IMG/VR virus record: IMGVR_UViG_3300021082_000040
Location: 1 to 47,348 of that record
Direction: 5' to 3' (one strand)
DNA: 47,348 nt
From: a virus
Taxonomy: Duplodnaviria > Caudoviricetes
Below the pieces are notes generated by a model. That model was not told where the DNA came from. It was given only the letters and a program-made list of their open reading frames with translations, and did no database searches. Made by a program: the position numbers and the translations under genes. Numbering within the stretch: the first letter of the stretch is position 1; every line of letters begins with the position of its first letter. This document shows positions 46,131 to 47,348 of the stretch, piece by piece.

Positions 46131-46297
46131 GAGTTGTAGGAATGCAGTCTCATAGGACTCGAGTCATAGGTATGCTCAAAGCGCATAGCTATCACCAACT
46201 CCCAGTTGCAGAGACTGCAGTCCTAGGCTACGAGTCCTAGGACTAAAAGCATATGGGCCTCGAGTCCTACGTCCGAGACTGTTGTCCTATTTGAGCA
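46131..46297. other. non-coding element with nested inverted repeats
   Basis: 46145-51/46275-81, 46153-63/46259-69, 46171-76/46248-53 and alternative 46143-51/46211-19 are complementary. Confidence 0.6.
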
Positions 46298-46321
46298 ACT
46301 ATATTTCAAGACTGGTCCGAT

Positions 46322-46364
46322 CAACGAACTTTAATTGCCAAAACTCACCAAACAACGAACTTTA
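46322..46364 (+). repeat. 12-bp direct repeat CAACGAACTTTA x2
   Basis: 46322-46333 and 46353-46364, 31-bp period. Confidence 0.75.
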
Positions 46365-46388
46365 CATTCGTGTGGGATCGAGTACTGT
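46361..46388 (+). promoter_or_regulatory. possible early promoter
   Basis: TTTACA-16 bp-TACTGT. Confidence 0.35.
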
Positions 46389-46453
46389 GTGTATACCGGA
46401 GATGGGACGGGGTTCGACGAACCCGCCAAGTCCGGGTAATGAAGGAGACTACA

Positions 46454-46840
46454 ATGGTTACTCTTCAACTTGGTAAGGCGATCGCGCGCACTGTTGACTT
46501 GGCCGATTTCGGCTTCGGGGAATTGTCCCCAGTCGCCCAGCACATCGCGATCAAGGGGCTCGAGAACGTGGTCAAGGACACCCACGCGGGCATCACCAAG
46601 AAGGACAATCCCAACGACTATCAGGAATTGTCCGAGGCCGCAGTCGACAAGAAGCTCGCGGCACTGCGCGCGGGCGATCTCCGGACCATCGCGACTCGGA
46701 TCGATGTCGCAGCGGCCGTCAAGTCCGCCATCACGAAGCTGACCTTCGAGGAGTTCATGGCCTCGAAGACCCCGGAGGAGCAGGCACAGTTCATGGCCTC
46801 GATGCAGGCCATGAGCGAGCCGAAGAAGAAGAAGGCCTAA
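46454..46840 (+). CDS. first early-arm gene, hypothetical (128 aa)
   Basis: AAGGAG RBS, GC-rich third positions, own terminator. Confidence 0.8.
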   Translation: MVTLQLGKAIARTVDLADFGFGELSPVAQHIAIKGLENVVKDTHAGITKKDNPNDYQELSEAAVDKKLAALRAGDLRTIATRIDVAAAVKSAITKLTFEEFMASKTPEEQAQFMASMQAMSEPKKKKA

Positions 46841-46848
46841 GGCCCATC

Positions 46849-46876
46849 GGGCGGGGAGCAATCCCCGCCCACCTTT
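46849..46876 (+). terminator. intrinsic terminator
   Basis: GGGCGGGGA-GCAA-TCCCCGCCC with a short T tail. Confidence 0.7.
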
Positions 46877-46896
46877 CCCCGGACGGAGTTTCCAAG

Positions 46897-47073
46897 ATGT
46901 TTGAACCAGATCTCAACGGACTGCAGATGGCCTACAAAGCAGGCGCACACGCGAGACGACTCGGAGCCGAGCCACACTGTCCATTCGGAGTTGACATCCA
47001 CCCAGTCTACTATGAAGAGTGGCATCGAGGCTGGCGAGCCCAAGACGAGCAACTCAGGAGGGAGGGGGCGTGA
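46897..47073 (+). CDS. RMF (ribosome modulation factor)-like small protein (58 aa)
   Basis: AYKAGAHARRLGAEPHCPFG...YYEEWHRGWR; GGAG RBS; not in the ORF track. Confidence 0.65.
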   Translation: MFEPDLNGLQMAYKAGAHARRLGAEPHCPFGVDIHPVYYEEWHRGWRAQDEQLRREGA

Positions 47074-47086
47074 GCCCCCTTTTTTT
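47063..47086 (+). terminator. intrinsic terminator
   Basis: AGGGGGC-GTGA-GCCCCCT then a T run. Confidence 0.85.
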
Positions 47087-47217
47087 GCTCTCTTCAACTT
47101 ACTCAGAGTTTTTTCTTTTGCTCTCAGCTGAGGCTCGACTCGGAGTTCAGAGAGGCTGCGCTGCTTAGCTTGCTTCTGGCTACTCAGAGAGGCTGCGGTG
47201 ATTGTCGGAGTGATGGA

Positions 47218-47248
47218 GATGGTTACATAAACCGTTTATCCAGCCATA
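47218..47248. repeat. 31-bp palindrome, copy 5
   Basis: GATGGTTACATAAAC-C-GTTTATCCAGCCATA. Confidence 0.9.
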
Positions 47249-47348
47249 TCATAGCCTCGGACGCATTCCCGATCTCTTGCCAGGTATAATTAACTTAGAC
47301 TGATTTTCGAATTTCGTTTTGATGAGTATATCCCCCCCCTCTCAAGAG

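Noticed and set aside
45990-46450. tRNA or tmRNA in the large non-coding region
   Set aside because: No cloverleaf with T-loop and acceptor stem found by eye; the GGTTCGA at ~46411 belongs to a simple palindrome.
1466-47248. 31-bp palindromes as CRISPR repeats, with the Cas4-like gene as a cas gene
   Set aside because: Copies are kilobases apart with no spacer array; the Cas4-like nuclease sits in an ordinary recombination module.
47277-47290. Promoter at TATAAT 47285-47290
   Set aside because: No acceptable -35 at 16-18 bp spacing and no downstream ORF.
1-47348. Genome-wide enrichment of GANTC or TCGA sites
   Set aside because: This is an impression from reading and I cannot count reliably by eye; it needs an observed/expected k-mer calculation.

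Overview
The window looks like a complete or near-complete, circularly permuted ~47 kb genome of a tailed podovirus-type phage. It has no RNA polymerase, integrase, tRNA or CRISPR array. The + strand arm starts at ~46454, runs across the window end/start and finishes at 18130. It carries many small early genes behind near-consensus sigma70 promoters, then a UvrD-like helicase, Cas4-like nuclease, Sak4-like ATPase, SSB-like protein, a VPLPA-CTERM surface protein, a ParB-HTH-DNA methyltransferase fusion, a nucleoside deoxyribosyltransferase-like protein, a family A DNA polymerase split over two genes, and a DUF3987-like P-loop protein. The - strand arm (45938 to 18127) carries a P-loop protein, a CX5R phosphatase, TerS/TerL, tail fibres, small membrane proteins, a BPP-1/APSE-like portal, scaffold, capsid and cement proteins, tail tube proteins, ejection proteins and a stand-alone T7-type fibre adaptor. 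The host is probably an alphaproteobacterium (inference only). The most notable unexplained signals are: five dispersed copies of a 31-bp palindrome, possibly loading sites for the ParB-MTase fusion; the polymerase split inside its proofreading domain; the exosortase-target protein; a structured non-coding element at ~46130-46300; and an unannotated RMF-like ORF. All calls come from reading motifs by eye. No database search was run.
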